From contig DASUXT010000058.1 in the NCBI GenBank assembly GCA_036377775.1, forward strand, positions 5,880 to 69,879: a stretch of DNA of 64,000 bases. Direction: 5' to 3'. How positions within the stretch are numbered: position 1 is the first letter of the stretch; each line of letters starts with the position of its first letter. The position numbers were made by a program, and so were the translations under genes. The notes under the pieces were generated by a model. It did no database searches, had not been told where the DNA came from, and saw only the letters and a program-made list of their open reading frames with translations. Of this stretch, positions 30,737-40,286 are shown in pieces. Origin of the DNA: Gemmatimonadaceae bacterium. Lineage in GTDB: Bacteria; Gemmatimonadota; Gemmatimonadetes; Gemmatimonadales; Gemmatimonadaceae.

Positions 30737-32332
30737 TCAGGTGTTCGGCCGGTACGTCCCCCACGTGGACGCCAGCGCATCGCTGATCTCTCCCACGCTG
30801 GCGCGCGCACGCACTGCCTCCACGATGCTCGGCATGAGAACGGGACGCTGACCCGCGTACTCGGTTGCATACGCTTTCGCGTTCTCGGCGAGCGCCGCGA
30901 GCGTCCTGCGGACGGCCGCGTCGTCGCGCTTCGCACGCACCGCACGCAGGCTCGCCACCTGGTCCCGCTCCAGCGCCGAGTAGTCCGGGGTCGGGATATC
31001 CGGCGGCGTGCTGTCGTCGGCGAACCGGTTCACGCCGACGATCGTCGCCTCGCCGCGCTCGACGGAGAGCTGGTACTCGTACGCCGACCGTCCGATCTCT
31101 TCCTGGAAGAAGCCGGCGGCGATGGCGCGCGCCGCGCCGCCCAGCTCGTCTACCCTCGCCAGCAGCGCCTCCGCCTCGCCCTCCAGCGCATCGGTGAGCT
31201 GCTCGACGTAGAAGCTCCCCGCCAGCGGATCGGCGGTGGCTGCGGCGCCGCTCTCGTAGCCGATGATCTGCTGTGTGCGGAGCGCGAGTGTCGCGGCCTC
31301 CGCGGTCGGCAGGGCGAGGGCCTCGTCGTAACCGTTGGTGTGCAGCGACTGCGTGCCGCCCAGCACCGCCGACAGCGCCTGGATGGCGACGCGCACGATG
31401 TTGTTCATCGGCTGCTGTGCCTGGAGCGTCACGCCGCCCGTCTGAGTGTGGAAGCGCATCCGGCAGCTTGCGTCGTTCGCGTCGAAGCGCTCGCGCATGA
31501 GGCGCGCGTACATGCGCCGCGCGGCGCGGAACTTCGCCACCTCCTCGAACAGGTCGTTGTGCGCGGCGAAGAAGAACGAGAGCCGAGGCGCGAACGAGTT
31601 CACGTCGAGCCCGGCCTCGCGTGCGCGTGACACGTACTCCATCGCGTTGGCGAAGGTGAACGCGAGCTCCTGCACCGCCGTGGCGCCGGCCTCACGGATG
31701 TGGTAGCCGCTGATCGAGATCGGGTTCCAGCTTGGCACCTCCGCGGCGCAGAAGCGGAAGACTTCGGCGATCAGCGCGAGCGATGGCGCCGGCGGGTAGA
31801 TGTAGGTGCCGCGGGCGACGTACTCCTTGAGGATGTCGTTCTGGATCGTGCCGCTCAGCTTCTCGCGCGCGATCCCCCGCTCCTCGGCGACGACGATGTA
31901 CATCGCGAGCAGCGTGGCCGCCGTTGCGTTGATCGTCATGCTCGTGGACACCCTGTCGAGCGGAATCCCGTCGAGCAGGAGGTGCATGTCCTCCACGGTA
32001 TCGATCGCCACGCCCACGCGCCCCACCTCGCCGAGCGCGCGCGGGGAATCGGAGTCGATCCCCATCTGCGTCGGCAGGTCGAAGGCGACGCTGAGGCCGG
32101 TCTGTCCCTTCTCGAGCAGCAGCCGAAACCGCTCGTTGGTCTGCTGTGCTGTGCCGAAGCCGGCGTACTGGCGCATGGTCCAGAGCCGTCCGCGGTACAT
32201 CGTCGGCTGCACGCCGCGGGTGTAGGGGAACTGGCCGGGATCGCCGAGGTCGTGCGCGTAGTCGAGCGGCGCCGGCCGGTAGACGGGAGCGATGGGAATG
32301 CCGGACGGGCTCAGCTTGTCGTCGGAGGACAT
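30737..32332 (-). CDS. Methylmalonyl-CoA mutase family protein, catalytic (N-terminal TIM-barrel) subunit only
   Basis: [60 protein letters not shown]. The 531-aa protein has no C-terminal B12-binding domain. Confidence 0.9.
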   Translation of the reverse strand: MSSDDKLSPSGIPIAPVYRPAPLDYAHDLGDPGQFPYTRGVQPTMYRGRLWTMRQYAGFGTAQQTNERFRLLLEKGQTGLSVAFDLPTQMGIDSDSPRALGEVGRVGVAIDTVEDMHLLLDGIPLDRVSTSMTINATAATLLAMYIVVAEERGIAREKLSGTIQNDILKEYVARGTYIYPPAPSLALIAEVFRFCAAEVPSWNPISISGYHIREAGATAVQELAFTFANAMEYVSRAREAGLDVNSFAPRLSFFFAAHNDLFEEVAKFRAARRMYARLMRERFDANDASCRMRFHTQTGGVTLQAQQPMNNIVRVAIQALSAVLGGTQSLHTNGYDEALALPTAEAATLALRTQQIIGYESGAAATADPLAGSFYVEQLTDALEGEAEALLARVDELGGAARAIAAGFFQEEIGRSAYEYQLSVERGEATIVGVNRFADDSTPPDIPTPDYSALERDQVASLRAVRAKRDDAAVRRTLAALAENAKAYATEYAGQRPVLMPSIVEAVRARASVGEISDALASTWGTYRPNT

Positions 32333-32347
32333 GCCGGAAAACTAATT

Positions 32348-32454
32348 GTGAACCGTTGACCGTGAACCGTGAACCGTAACAGCGAACGGCACACCTGACT
32401 GAGCTCGGTGTGCCGTTGTCGCTCACGGTTCACCGTTCACCGTTCACGGCTCAC
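32348..32454. repeat. Long imperfect palindrome built from GTGAACC-type heptamers
   Basis: Left arm 32348-32395 (gtgaacc gttgacc gtgaacc gtgaacc gtaacag cgaacgg cacacc), loop tgactgagctc, right arm 32407-32454 (ggtgtg ccgttgt cgctcac ggttcac cgttcac cgttcac ggctcac). The right arm runs into the fbp stop codon. Confidence 0.95.
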
Positions 32455-33479
32455 GCCCCCACGAGCGCACTCTCCCCCGCCAGCGTCTGGTTCGCCAGCT
32501 CCACGTCGCGCTTGGAGCCGATGAACAGCGGCACGCGCTGGTGCAGCTCCGTAGGCTGGATGTCGAGGATGCGCTGCACCCCGTCGCTCGCCGCGCCGCC
32601 GGCCTGCTCGCAGATGAACGCGAGCGGGCTCGCCTCGTAGAGGAGGCGGAGCTTGCCGCCGGACATGCGCCCGTTCGCGGGATAGCAGAACACGCCGCCG
32701 CCAAGAAGGTTGCGGTGGAAGTCGGCGACGAGCGAGCCGACGTAGCGCACGTTGAGCGGCTTGCGCCCTCCCTCGAGACCACGATAGCGGCGCATGAGCA
32801 GCTTCGTCGGCTCGTCCCACTGGCCTTCGTAGGAATCGTTCACCGAGAGGTAGCGTCCCTCGTCCGGGATGCGGATGTTCGGATGGGAAAGGAGGAACTC
32901 ACCGATGGACGGATCGAGCGTGAAGCCGTGCACCCCCTGGCCCGTGGTGTACACGAGCATGGTGCTCGACCCATAGATCACGTACCCGGCCGCCACCTGC
33001 CGGCGGCCCGGCTGCAGCATGTCCTCCATCTCGCCGTGCCGCCCGCGCGTGATCTTCTGCACGACGGAGAAGATCGTTCCCACCGGGACGTTCACGTCGA
33101 TGTTCGAAGAGCCATCGAGCGGATCGAACAGCAGGCAGTACTTGCCGCAGCGGAAGCCGTCGGGAATCTGGATCAGCCCCGGCTCCTCCTCCGACGCCAT
33201 CGCGCAGAGGCGCCCGCCGTGGTCCATCGCCTTGATGATCGTGTCGTTGGCGAAGACGTCGAGCTTCTGCTGGATCTCGCCCTGGACGTTCGAGTTGGCG
33301 GTGGCACCGAGAATGTCGGCCAGCCCGGAGAGTCGAACCTTGCTGGCGATCATCTTCGCTGCGAGGGCCATGTCGTACAGGATCCCCGACAGCTCGCCGG
33401 TGGCTTCGGGATGCTGGCGCTCCTGCTCGATGATGAATCGCTCGATCGTGACGACCGACGTCGCAGTATGCTGGACCAC
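32451..33479 (-). CDS. fbp: Fructose-1,6-bisphosphatase class 1
   Basis: A GTG start at 33479 has GAGG upstream. Motifs: [22 protein letters not shown]..., [37 protein letters not shown]. Confidence 0.9.
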   Translation of the reverse strand: MVQHTATSVVTIERFIIEQERQHPEATGELSGILYDMALAAKMIASKVRLSGLADILGATANSNVQGEIQQKLDVFANDTIIKAMDHGGRLCAMASEEEPGLIQIPDGFRCGKYCLLFDPLDGSSNIDVNVPVGTIFSVVQKITRGRHGEMEDMLQPGRRQVAAGYVIYGSSTMLVYTTGQGVHGFTLDPSIGEFLLSHPNIRIPDEGRYLSVNDSYEGQWDEPTKLLMRRYRGLEGGRKPLNVRYVGSLVADFHRNLLGGGVFCYPANGRMSGGKLRLLYEASPLAFICEQAGGAASDGVQRILDIQPTELHQRVPLFIGSKRDVELANQTLAGESALVGA

Positions 33480-33489
33480 GGGGCTGCCT

Positions 33490-33852
33490 CTACACGATGG
33501 GTGGAGCGCCGGACATCCGGCGCGTGGCGTACGCCCGTGCGTCCGCCTCGTAGGGATTCTCGGTGTAGCCGTGCCGGAGGCTTCGCCAGAGATAGCGAAG
33601 CGGAAACGCGTGATCGGCCTGAAACTGGTGTACGTGCCGAAGTTCGTGCAAGAGTAGTTCCGGGTCCAGCGGCACGTTCGGCGCCAGCCAGATCGTTCGC
33701 CAGAGGGTAATCCCTGACACCGTGGCGCGACCCAGCAGCCACCCACCGATACGCAGCGGCAGGCCACCGCGCCGGAAGCGCGCCTCCGCGAGCTCGGGGA
33801 AGCGGTCGAGCAGGTGCGGTGGCAGGGAGATGGGGGAGCCGAGGAGCAACAC
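33490..33852 (-). CDS. Small DUF4157-like HExxH (putative zinc-metallopeptidase) domain protein
   Basis: 120 aa. ...[36 protein letters not shown] matches the DUF4157 pattern (aromatic/TxG...I...LLxHELxHVxQ). Confidence 0.55.
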   Translation of the reverse strand: MLLLGSPISLPPHLLDRFPELAEARFRRGGLPLRIGGWLLGRATVSGITLWRTIWLAPNVPLDPELLLHELRHVHQFQADHAFPLRYLWRSLRHGYTENPYEADARAYATRRMSGAPPIV

Positions 33853-33882
33853 GGGAGGTCGGGAGGCCGGGAGGTCGGGAAG

Positions 33883-36099
33883 TCAGGGCGAGCTATCCAG
33901 TGACCAGTGCTCGCCGCGGGCTTCTACTTCCAGTCGTGTGCCATCGGTGCGGACGATGATCGTGCCGGCAAGGTCGGTGCGCAGCGTCGGAATCCCGGCG
34001 GCGCCAAGTCGTGCAAGCACTTCGGCGTCGGGATGACCATACGAGTTGTTCGCGCCCACGCTCACGAGGGCGAGGCGCGGATGGACGGCGGCAAGGAACG
34101 CAGCCGTGGTGCTGGTGTTGCTGCCGTGGTGCGCCACCTTGAGCACGTCCGCGTGCAATGCATTCGGTGCATGCGACAGGAGCCAGTCCTCCTCGGGTGC
34201 CTCGGCGTCGCCCGTGAGCAGCATGCGCACCCCGCCGACGCGGACGAGGAGCACCGTGCTCGCGAGGTTCGCGTCGTGCAATCCGGCCGCCCACAGCGAA
34301 TCGGGGGCGAGCGCAGTGATCACCGCTTCGTCCACCACGAGCGAATCACCCGGATGCACGCGGCGCCACGAGATCCCTTCGGCACGCGCCTCGGCGAGCG
34401 CCGCCAGGTACTGAGGTGTGGTGCCGACGTAGCCGGGATCGAGGAAGAGAGCGGGATGAAGCGCGGCGAAGAGCGACGCCGCGCCGCCCACGTGATCGGC
34501 ATGCGGATGCGACAGGGCGAACAGCGCCACGCGTCCACCCCGGTGTGCGATGTACGGCACCACCACGCTGCGGCCCGCGTCGCCACTCGGCCAGCTGCGG
34601 CCGGCATCCACCACCACCCACGTCCCACGCCGCGTCCGCACCGCGAGTGCGTCTCCCTGCCCCACGTCGAGCATGTGGAGCTCGGTGAAGTCACGCGGAC
34701 GCTGCAGCAGGGGCTCCGCCGTCATCAGCGCCACGCAGCCGAGCGCGACGAAGCACGCCCGTACCGGGCGCTCGGCCAGGCAGGCAACGACGACCGCCGT
34801 CGCGGCCACCGCGCCGGCGAGGGCGGCGAGCGGCGTGGGATACACGAGCGGCGCGGCACCGCGAATTGCCGACGCATGGACGGCGATGCCGTCGAAGCTC
34901 GCGAGCAGCAGGTGCGCGGCGTCGGCGAGGAGGTGCTCCACCGGCGCAACCGGGATGCAGATGGCGAGGAAGAGCACGGGCTGGAGAACCCCCATGACCG
35001 GATCGGCGACGAGATTGGTCAGGGGACCGAGCAATGCGACCCGCCCGAACGCCCAGGCGACGAGCGGTGAGGTGACGACGGTGGCGACGATGCTCACGAG
35101 CGCAGCACGAGCGGTCGAGCGCCGCATGCCGCGCCAGGCGCGCGGGATCGCGCGTCGTGCGAGCGCACCACCGGCGACGAGGGCAATAGTCCCCGCCACG
35201 CTGAGCTGCCAGCCGAGGTCGAGCACCGTGCGCGGCGCGACGAGTGGCGCGACGCCGCCGACGGCGAGCACCGCCCATGGGGAAGTGGGGCGCTGGATGG
35301 TGCGGCTGACAATGAGCAGCCCGAGCATCACCGCGGCACGCAGCGCTGGCGGCGGCGCGCCGATGCCGGCGACGTACGCGGCAAGCAGCAGGATGGTGAG
35401 CAACCGCGCCGGCCGCTTCGGGATGCGCAGCGCACCGGCGAGCAGTTCGAGCGCAAGCGCGATGATGGCGACGTGAAGGCCCGAGACGCTGAGCATGTGC
35501 ACGAGCCCTGCCCTCGCGAAGCGATCGCGCTGCGCGGACGGGATGAGCGACATGTCACCGATCACGAGGGCGCGCACCACGGGCGCGTCGGCGCCGAAGA
35601 TGCGATCGATGCGCTCGCCGGCCCGGGCGCGGAGCACAGCGAGCGATGGATGCCGGCGCGCATCCCGGATGCGTGCCGATCGCACGAACAGTCCCCTCGG
35701 ATCGGCAGAGGCGATCCCCCGCACCATTCCCACGCTGCCCGCGTCCGCACGGCCGGATGAGACGAGGAGGATGGCGCGGGACGCGCATCCGCCGGCGGAG
35801 AGACGTGCGCGCCCCACGCCACCGGCCTGCGCGGCGGCCTCGAATTCGGCGCGCCATTCATGCGTCGCCACGAGACGCTGGGTGCACCGCGCCGATTGGC
35901 TCACATCGGCAGCGCCGACGAGGATCGCGGCGGCGGCCACGGTGGCCAGCGCCGGCAGCTGCGATCGCTCTCGTCGGGCTGCGATCGCTGCCGCGAGCAG
36001 CGACGCCGCGACGGCGCACGTCACCACGCTGGCCGTCCCCGTCAAGCCGATCGCGAGCCCGATGGCGTAGAGGGCGGCGGCACGGGCGACGAGTGGCAT
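33883..36099 (-). CDS. comEC: DNA internalization-related competence protein ComEC/Rec2 (with a metallo-beta-lactamase domain)
   Basis: 738 aa with a polytopic membrane core ([16 protein letters not shown]) and the C-terminal MBL motif [11 protein letters not shown]...KVAHHGS. Confidence 0.88.
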   Translation of the reverse strand: MPLVARAAALYAIGLAIGLTGTASVVTCAVAASLLAAAIAARRERSQLPALATVAAAAILVGAADVSQSARCTQRLVATHEWRAEFEAAAQAGGVGRARLSAGGCASRAILLVSSGRADAGSVGMVRGIASADPRGLFVRSARIRDARRHPSLAVLRARAGERIDRIFGADAPVVRALVIGDMSLIPSAQRDRFARAGLVHMLSVSGLHVAIIALALELLAGALRIPKRPARLLTILLLAAYVAGIGAPPPALRAAVMLGLLIVSRTIQRPTSPWAVLAVGGVAPLVAPRTVLDLGWQLSVAGTIALVAGGALARRAIPRAWRGMRRSTARAALVSIVATVVTSPLVAWAFGRVALLGPLTNLVADPVMGVLQPVLFLAICIPVAPVEHLLADAAHLLLASFDGIAVHASAIRGAAPLVYPTPLAALAGAVAATAVVVACLAERPVRACFVALGCVALMTAEPLLQRPRDFTELHMLDVGQGDALAVRTRRGTWVVVDAGRSWPSGDAGRSVVVPYIAHRGGRVALFALSHPHADHVGGAASLFAALHPALFLDPGYVGTTPQYLAALAEARAEGISWRRVHPGDSLVVDEAVITALAPDSLWAAGLHDANLASTVLLVRVGGVRMLLTGDAEAPEEDWLLSHAPNALHADVLKVAHHGSNTSTTAAFLAAVHPRLALVSVGANNSYGHPDAEVLARLGAAGIPTLRTDLAGTIIVRTDGTRLEVEARGEHWSLDSSP

Positions 36100-36212
36100 C
36101 GGCGCACGAAGGCGTCCGCCCCGGCGAGCCGCGAGCGCGAATCATCGCGCGCCGGCGCTGACGCACGCGGCGGGCCGCGAGACCGCAACTCCGCAACGCG
36201 GCAGTGCCGGGC

Positions 36213-36245
36213 AGAAAACGCAACGGCCGCGCCTTCGCGCGGCCG
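36213..36245 (-). terminator. Rho-independent terminator downstream of miaB
   Basis: Minus strand CGGCCGCGC-GAAG-GCGCGGCCG, followed by TTGCGTTTTCT. Confidence 0.65.
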
Positions 36246-36283
36246 TGTGCATTGGAACGACGCCGCCTGGACCGCCCGGGGCG

Positions 36284-37627
36284 TTATCCGGCCAGCGGGA
36301 GCGCCTGGCGCTGGCGGACGACGCTGCCCGTGAACGTGGAGCCAGTGGTACCGGTGAGCTCCACCGTCAGGTACTGACCGAGCTGCGACGCGTCGCCAGG
36401 CACGAGCACCGTGCGGAAATCGCGCGTGCGCGTCATGAGCATGGATTCGCCGCGGCGCGCTTCGCGCTCCACCAGCACCTCGTGGCGCGTTCCGAGTGCG
36501 GCGAGGTTCCGCGCGCGGGACCCGGCGCGCACCGTCTCGACCAGGCGCTGCAGCCGCTCGCTCGCCACTTCGGCCGGCACCGTGAGCTCGGCGGGCATCC
36601 GCGTGGCCGGCGTTCCCTCGCGCGGGGAGAAGATGAAGGTGAACGCGTCAGCGAAGCCCACTTCGCGCACGGCACTCAGCGTGTCCTCGAAGTCCTCCTC
36701 CGTCTCACCGGGGAAGCCCACGATGATGTCGGTGGTGAGCGCCACGCCGGGAATCGCCTTGCGGATCCGGTCCACGCAGTCGAGGTAGCCCTCACGCGAG
36801 TAGCGCCGCAGCATGCGCTTGAGCATGCGCGACGACCCGCTCTGCATGGGCAGGTGCACGTGCTCGCACACCGTCGGCACCTCGGCCATCGCCGTGATGA
36901 CGCGGTCGGAGAAGTCGTTGGGGTGCGGGCTGGTGTAGCGCACGCGACGGATGCCCGGCACCGTGCCCACGGCGCGCAGCAGGTCCGCGAAGTCGTGGGT
37001 GCCGTCGTGGTACGAGTTCACCGTCTGGCCAAGGAGCACGACCTCGGTCATGCCTTCGGCGACCACCCCCTCCACCTCGCGCACGACGTCCTCGAGCCGG
37101 CGGCTGCGCTCGGAGCCACGGGTGCTCGGAACGATGCAGTACGTGCAGCGATAGTCGCAGCCGCGCTGCACCGGGATCCACGCCTTCACCTTGTCGAACC
37201 GGCGGGGCGTGAAGTCCTCGTAGTGTTCCTCGAGATCGAAGGTGGTGGCAATCGCGCGCTCTCCGCGCCGCGCTCCTTCCACCAGGTCCGGGAGGGCACG
37301 GTAGCCGTCCGGTCCGATGACGAGCGACACGTGCTTCGCGCGGTCGAGGAGCTGCGGCCCGAGCCGCTGGGCCATGCACCCGGTCACGCCCATCACGGTG
37401 TCGGCCTTCATGTGCCGCTTGAGCTCACCCAGCCGCCCGATCACGCGCTGCTCCGCGTGGTCGCGGATGGCGCAGGTGTTGATCAGGATCACGTCGGCGC
37501 CATCGGGCACGTCCACGGGCTGATAGCCGGCGGCGGAGAGCTTCCCGAGCATCAGCTCGGAATCGCTCACGTTCATCTGGCAGCCGTAGGTCTCGATGTA
37601 GACCGTGGGAGAAGTGTAGGCGGTCAT
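36284..37627 (-). CDS. miaB: tRNA-2-methylthio-N6-dimethylallyladenosine synthase (radical SAM methylthiotransferase)
   Basis: VYIETYGCQMNVSDSE...ILINTCAIRDHAEQ (UPF0004 cluster), GCDYRCTYCIVP (radical SAM CxxxCxxC) and a TRAM domain at the C-terminus. Confidence 0.92.
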   Translation of the reverse strand: MTAYTSPTVYIETYGCQMNVSDSELMLGKLSAAGYQPVDVPDGADVILINTCAIRDHAEQRVIGRLGELKRHMKADTVMGVTGCMAQRLGPQLLDRAKHVSLVIGPDGYRALPDLVEGARRGERAIATTFDLEEHYEDFTPRRFDKVKAWIPVQRGCDYRCTYCIVPSTRGSERSRRLEDVVREVEGVVAEGMTEVVLLGQTVNSYHDGTHDFADLLRAVGTVPGIRRVRYTSPHPNDFSDRVITAMAEVPTVCEHVHLPMQSGSSRMLKRMLRRYSREGYLDCVDRIRKAIPGVALTTDIIVGFPGETEEDFEDTLSAVREVGFADAFTFIFSPREGTPATRMPAELTVPAEVASERLQRLVETVRAGSRARNLAALGTRHEVLVEREARRGESMLMTRTRDFRTVLVPGDASQLGQYLTVELTGTTGSTFTGSVVRQRQALPLAG

Positions 37628-37793
37628 GCGCGAAATCTAACAGCAGATCCTGGCGCTGCCGACAGATAGCTAGTCCGGGCGCTGCCCGGCGGCGAAGTGC
37701 CAGCTCGTCGGGGCGCTGCGCTTTCGGGGCGTTCGCCTTCGGCTCACTCTCGGGGCGGCGGCGCGGGGGCGCCGCCTTTCCGTCACGGCGTTT

Positions 37794-37828
37794 GGGTGGA
37801 GCGTTTTGCCGGATGGGTGGAGCGTTTT
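37794..37828. repeat. Direct repeat GGGTGGAGCGTTTT x2 with 21-bp phasing
   Basis: tttGGGTGGAGCGTTTTgccggatGGGTGGAGCGTTTTccc, copies at 37794-37807 and 37815-37828. It lies in the 325-bp spacer between the REC-HK stop and the miaB start. Confidence 0.9.
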
Positions 37829-37889
37829 CCCGAGAGCGCGCGAAGTGCGCGTCCGGAGAGCATGGGCGAGCGCAGCGAGCCCGGCGCCC

Positions 37890-37915
37890 GGAAAGGCCCG
37901 CGTTCCACGCGGGCC
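37890..37915 (-). terminator. Candidate terminator downstream of the REC-histidine kinase gene
   Basis: Minus strand GGCCCGCG-TGGAA-CGCGGGCC followed by TTTCC. The T-tract is short. Confidence 0.4.
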
Positions 37916-37952
37916 GCCCCGACAGCGAGCGCGGCTTCGCCGCGCGAGCGCC

Positions 37953-39140
37953 CTAGGTCGTTATCGGCGCCGACTCCGCCGGGGGCTTCTCCGGCAGCCA
38001 GAAATGGAACGCACTCCCCGGCACGTCCCCGCCGCTCTTCACCCAGATCCGTCCGCCGTGCGCCTCGACGACGAGCTTGCAGAACGCGAGGCCCAGCCCG
38101 GAGCTCCGCACGCGCGGGATGTGCGGCGTCTTTACCTGCTCGAACTTGCGGAAGATGATGTCGTGGTACTCGGCCGGGATGCCGACGCCATTGTCCGCCA
38201 CCGTGAAGAGCACCCCTTCGCCCTCGCGCCTGGCCCCGAGCGTCACCGTCACCGCGCGCGCCGAGTGGGTGAGCGCATTCTGCACGAGGTTGCTGAAGAC
38301 GCGCTTGAGCAGCGCGTGGTCGGCCTCGATGACCGGCGCGTCCTCGCCATGATCCAGCACCGCCGTTGCCCCTTCCTGCTGGAAGCGGATCTCCCAGTCG
38401 CGCCTCACCTCGGTGAGCAATGCGCCCGGGGCGATCTTCGCGAGCTTGAGCTCGAGCCGACTCTCCTCCAGCCGCGCGACCTCGAGCAGGTCCTCGATCA
38501 GTGCGAGCAGGTCCTCGGCGCGTCCTTCCGCATCGCCGAGCGCGGAGCGCTGCTCCAGCGTGAGGGCGCCGAAGTCACCGTCGATCAGCATCTCCATGGC
38601 GCCGATGATCGAGGTGAGCGGCGACTTCAGGTCGTGCACGATCATCTTCATGAGATCATCGCGGACCTTCTCGAGCTCCTTCTGCTTCCGGAGGCTCTCC
38701 TCCAGTGCATCGGTCGCCGCCTTCAGCTTCAGGAGCGATCGAACGCGGGCGCCGAGCACCAGCCGGTTGTGCGGCTTCGTGAGGAAGTCGTCCCCACCGG
38801 CCTCGATCGCCTTCACCCGGTCGGTGGTGTCGTTCAGCGCCGTGACGAAGATGACCGGGATGCGCGCCGTGCGCGGATCGCGCTTGATGCGCCGGCAGAC
38901 CTCGAATCCGGTGGAGCGGTCGTCCACGCCGAGATCACCCGCCGGCATGGACACGTCGAGGATGCAGAGGTCCGGGTGCTGGTCGAAGCACACCTGCAGC
39001 GCCGAGGGACCGTCCGCGGCGGCGATGGCGCGAAAGCCAAGGACGTGCAGCTGGTCGAACAGCAATTCCACGTTCGCCGGCACGTCGTCGGCGACGAGGA
39101 TGACTGGCGCGTCAGCGGGAGGAGGAACGAGCTCGTTCAT
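37953..39140 (-). CDS. Hybrid two-component protein: N-terminal receiver domain fused to HisKA/HATPase_c histidine kinase
   Basis: REC: ILVADDVPANVELL...DLCILDVSMP...IPVIFVTA...DFLTKP. H-box: MIVHDLKSPLTSI. ATPase: NLVQNALTHS...DNGVGIP...GLGLAFCK. Confidence 0.88.
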   Translation of the reverse strand: MNELVPPPADAPVILVADDVPANVELLFDQLHVLGFRAIAAADGPSALQVCFDQHPDLCILDVSMPAGDLGVDDRSTGFEVCRRIKRDPRTARIPVIFVTALNDTTDRVKAIEAGGDDFLTKPHNRLVLGARVRSLLKLKAATDALEESLRKQKELEKVRDDLMKMIVHDLKSPLTSIIGAMEMLIDGDFGALTLEQRSALGDAEGRAEDLLALIEDLLEVARLEESRLELKLAKIAPGALLTEVRRDWEIRFQQEGATAVLDHGEDAPVIEADHALLKRVFSNLVQNALTHSARAVTVTLGARREGEGVLFTVADNGVGIPAEYHDIIFRKFEQVKTPHIPRVRSSGLGLAFCKLVVEAHGGRIWVKSGGDVPGSAFHFWLPEKPPAESAPITT

Positions 39141-39143
39141 CGC

Positions 39144-40286
39144 TCAGGGGCGCACCGTGATCCCGACGCTCAGCGTCCACCCCGACTCCGAGGCGTCCAC
39201 GCCGGTGGCGTCGCGCATGGAGCGCACTCCGGCCACGTCGAGCGCCGCGCGGCCGCGGGCGATGAGCGTCCCCGCACCGAGCGAGAGGCTCCGCTCGCGC
39301 ACGGGGGTGCTGCCCACGCCGAAGGGCAGCGTGCGCCAGCGCCCGCCGGCGCGCAGCTGCAGCGATCGGCCGAGCACGCGCGGCCCGAGCACGTCGGCAC
39401 CGACGCTGGTATCCCACCCGTCATGGACCGAGAGTGCGGCCGAGCCGAGCCCCGCCATGTTCGACCAGGTGTCATGCGCCGTACGCACCGCGATCGAGCT
39501 GCCGCGGATGCCGAGGTAGGCCGCGCTGAAGGCGAGCCGGTCCGGCACGCGTGCCTGCGCCTTCGTGCTGTCGCCGTGCTTGAGCGACATGGTGCCGCCA
39601 CGACGATACGACGCCGCGATCACCGCGGCGCGGCCCAGGTACACCTCGGCGCCCCCCGAGAAGGCGTTCCCCACGTAGCTCACCGTGCTCGTGTCCACCA
39701 GCCGCGCGTAACGCGCGCTGTCGTCGAACACCTGCGTGCTGTTCAGGCGATTGTCGCCGCTGATCGCGTGCGCCCCGAGGCCGAGATGCAGCCACTCGGC
39801 GGGCTCCCACGCCAGCGCAAGGCGGATGTCCGCGATCGCGCCGTCGCTGATGAAGGTGTTGGTGCTCCCGATGTCCACGCCGCCCACGTTCACCGTGCCG
39901 TGCGAGGTGGTGCTGAAGCTGCGGTCCAGCAGGCTGGTGGCGCTCAGCCCCGCGGCCACGGAGCTGGAGAGTCGCATGGTGCCGAGGATCAACGGGTAGC
40001 GCGCCACGGTGGAGGATTCACTCTGTCCGCGGACGCTGATCTTGCGATACTCGGGCTCGGCCTGGAAGTAGAGGGCGGTTCCGCCCATGTTGAGAATCGA
40101 CGAGGGATTGCTCACCGACAGGGGGTCGATCTCGCCGAGGGCACCGCCGGTGCCGAGGCTGCGCGTGCTGAGCGTGCCCGTCGGATAGCCGAAGCCCTGG
40201 GTGCTGAGCGTGCCCTGCGCGATGGCGCTCGAGGGCAGCGCGAGGAGCAGCGAGGCCGCGAGGCAGAGAGAAGCGCGTGGCATCAT
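39144..40286 (-). CDS. Hypothetical outer-membrane protein, possibly a FadL/PorV-like beta-barrel
   Basis: Signal peptide [24 protein letters not shown], an N-terminal GFGYP...GTGGALGEIDPLSVSNPSSIL segment resembling the FadL-type hatch (NPA-like), and beta-strand periodicity. The family assignment is inference. Confidence 0.5.
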   Translation of the reverse strand: MMPRASLCLAASLLLALPSSAIAQGTLSTQGFGYPTGTLSTRSLGTGGALGEIDPLSVSNPSSILNMGGTALYFQAEPEYRKISVRGQSESSTVARYPLILGTMRLSSSVAAGLSATSLLDRSFSTTSHGTVNVGGVDIGSTNTFISDGAIADIRLALAWEPAEWLHLGLGAHAISGDNRLNSTQVFDDSARYARLVDTSTVSYVGNAFSGGAEVYLGRAAVIAASYRRGGTMSLKHGDSTKAQARVPDRLAFSAAYLGIRGSSIAVRTAHDTWSNMAGLGSAALSVHDGWDTSVGADVLGPRVLGRSLQLRAGGRWRTLPFGVGSTPVRERSLSLGAGTLIARGRAALDVAGVRSMRDATGVDASESGWTLSVGITVRP

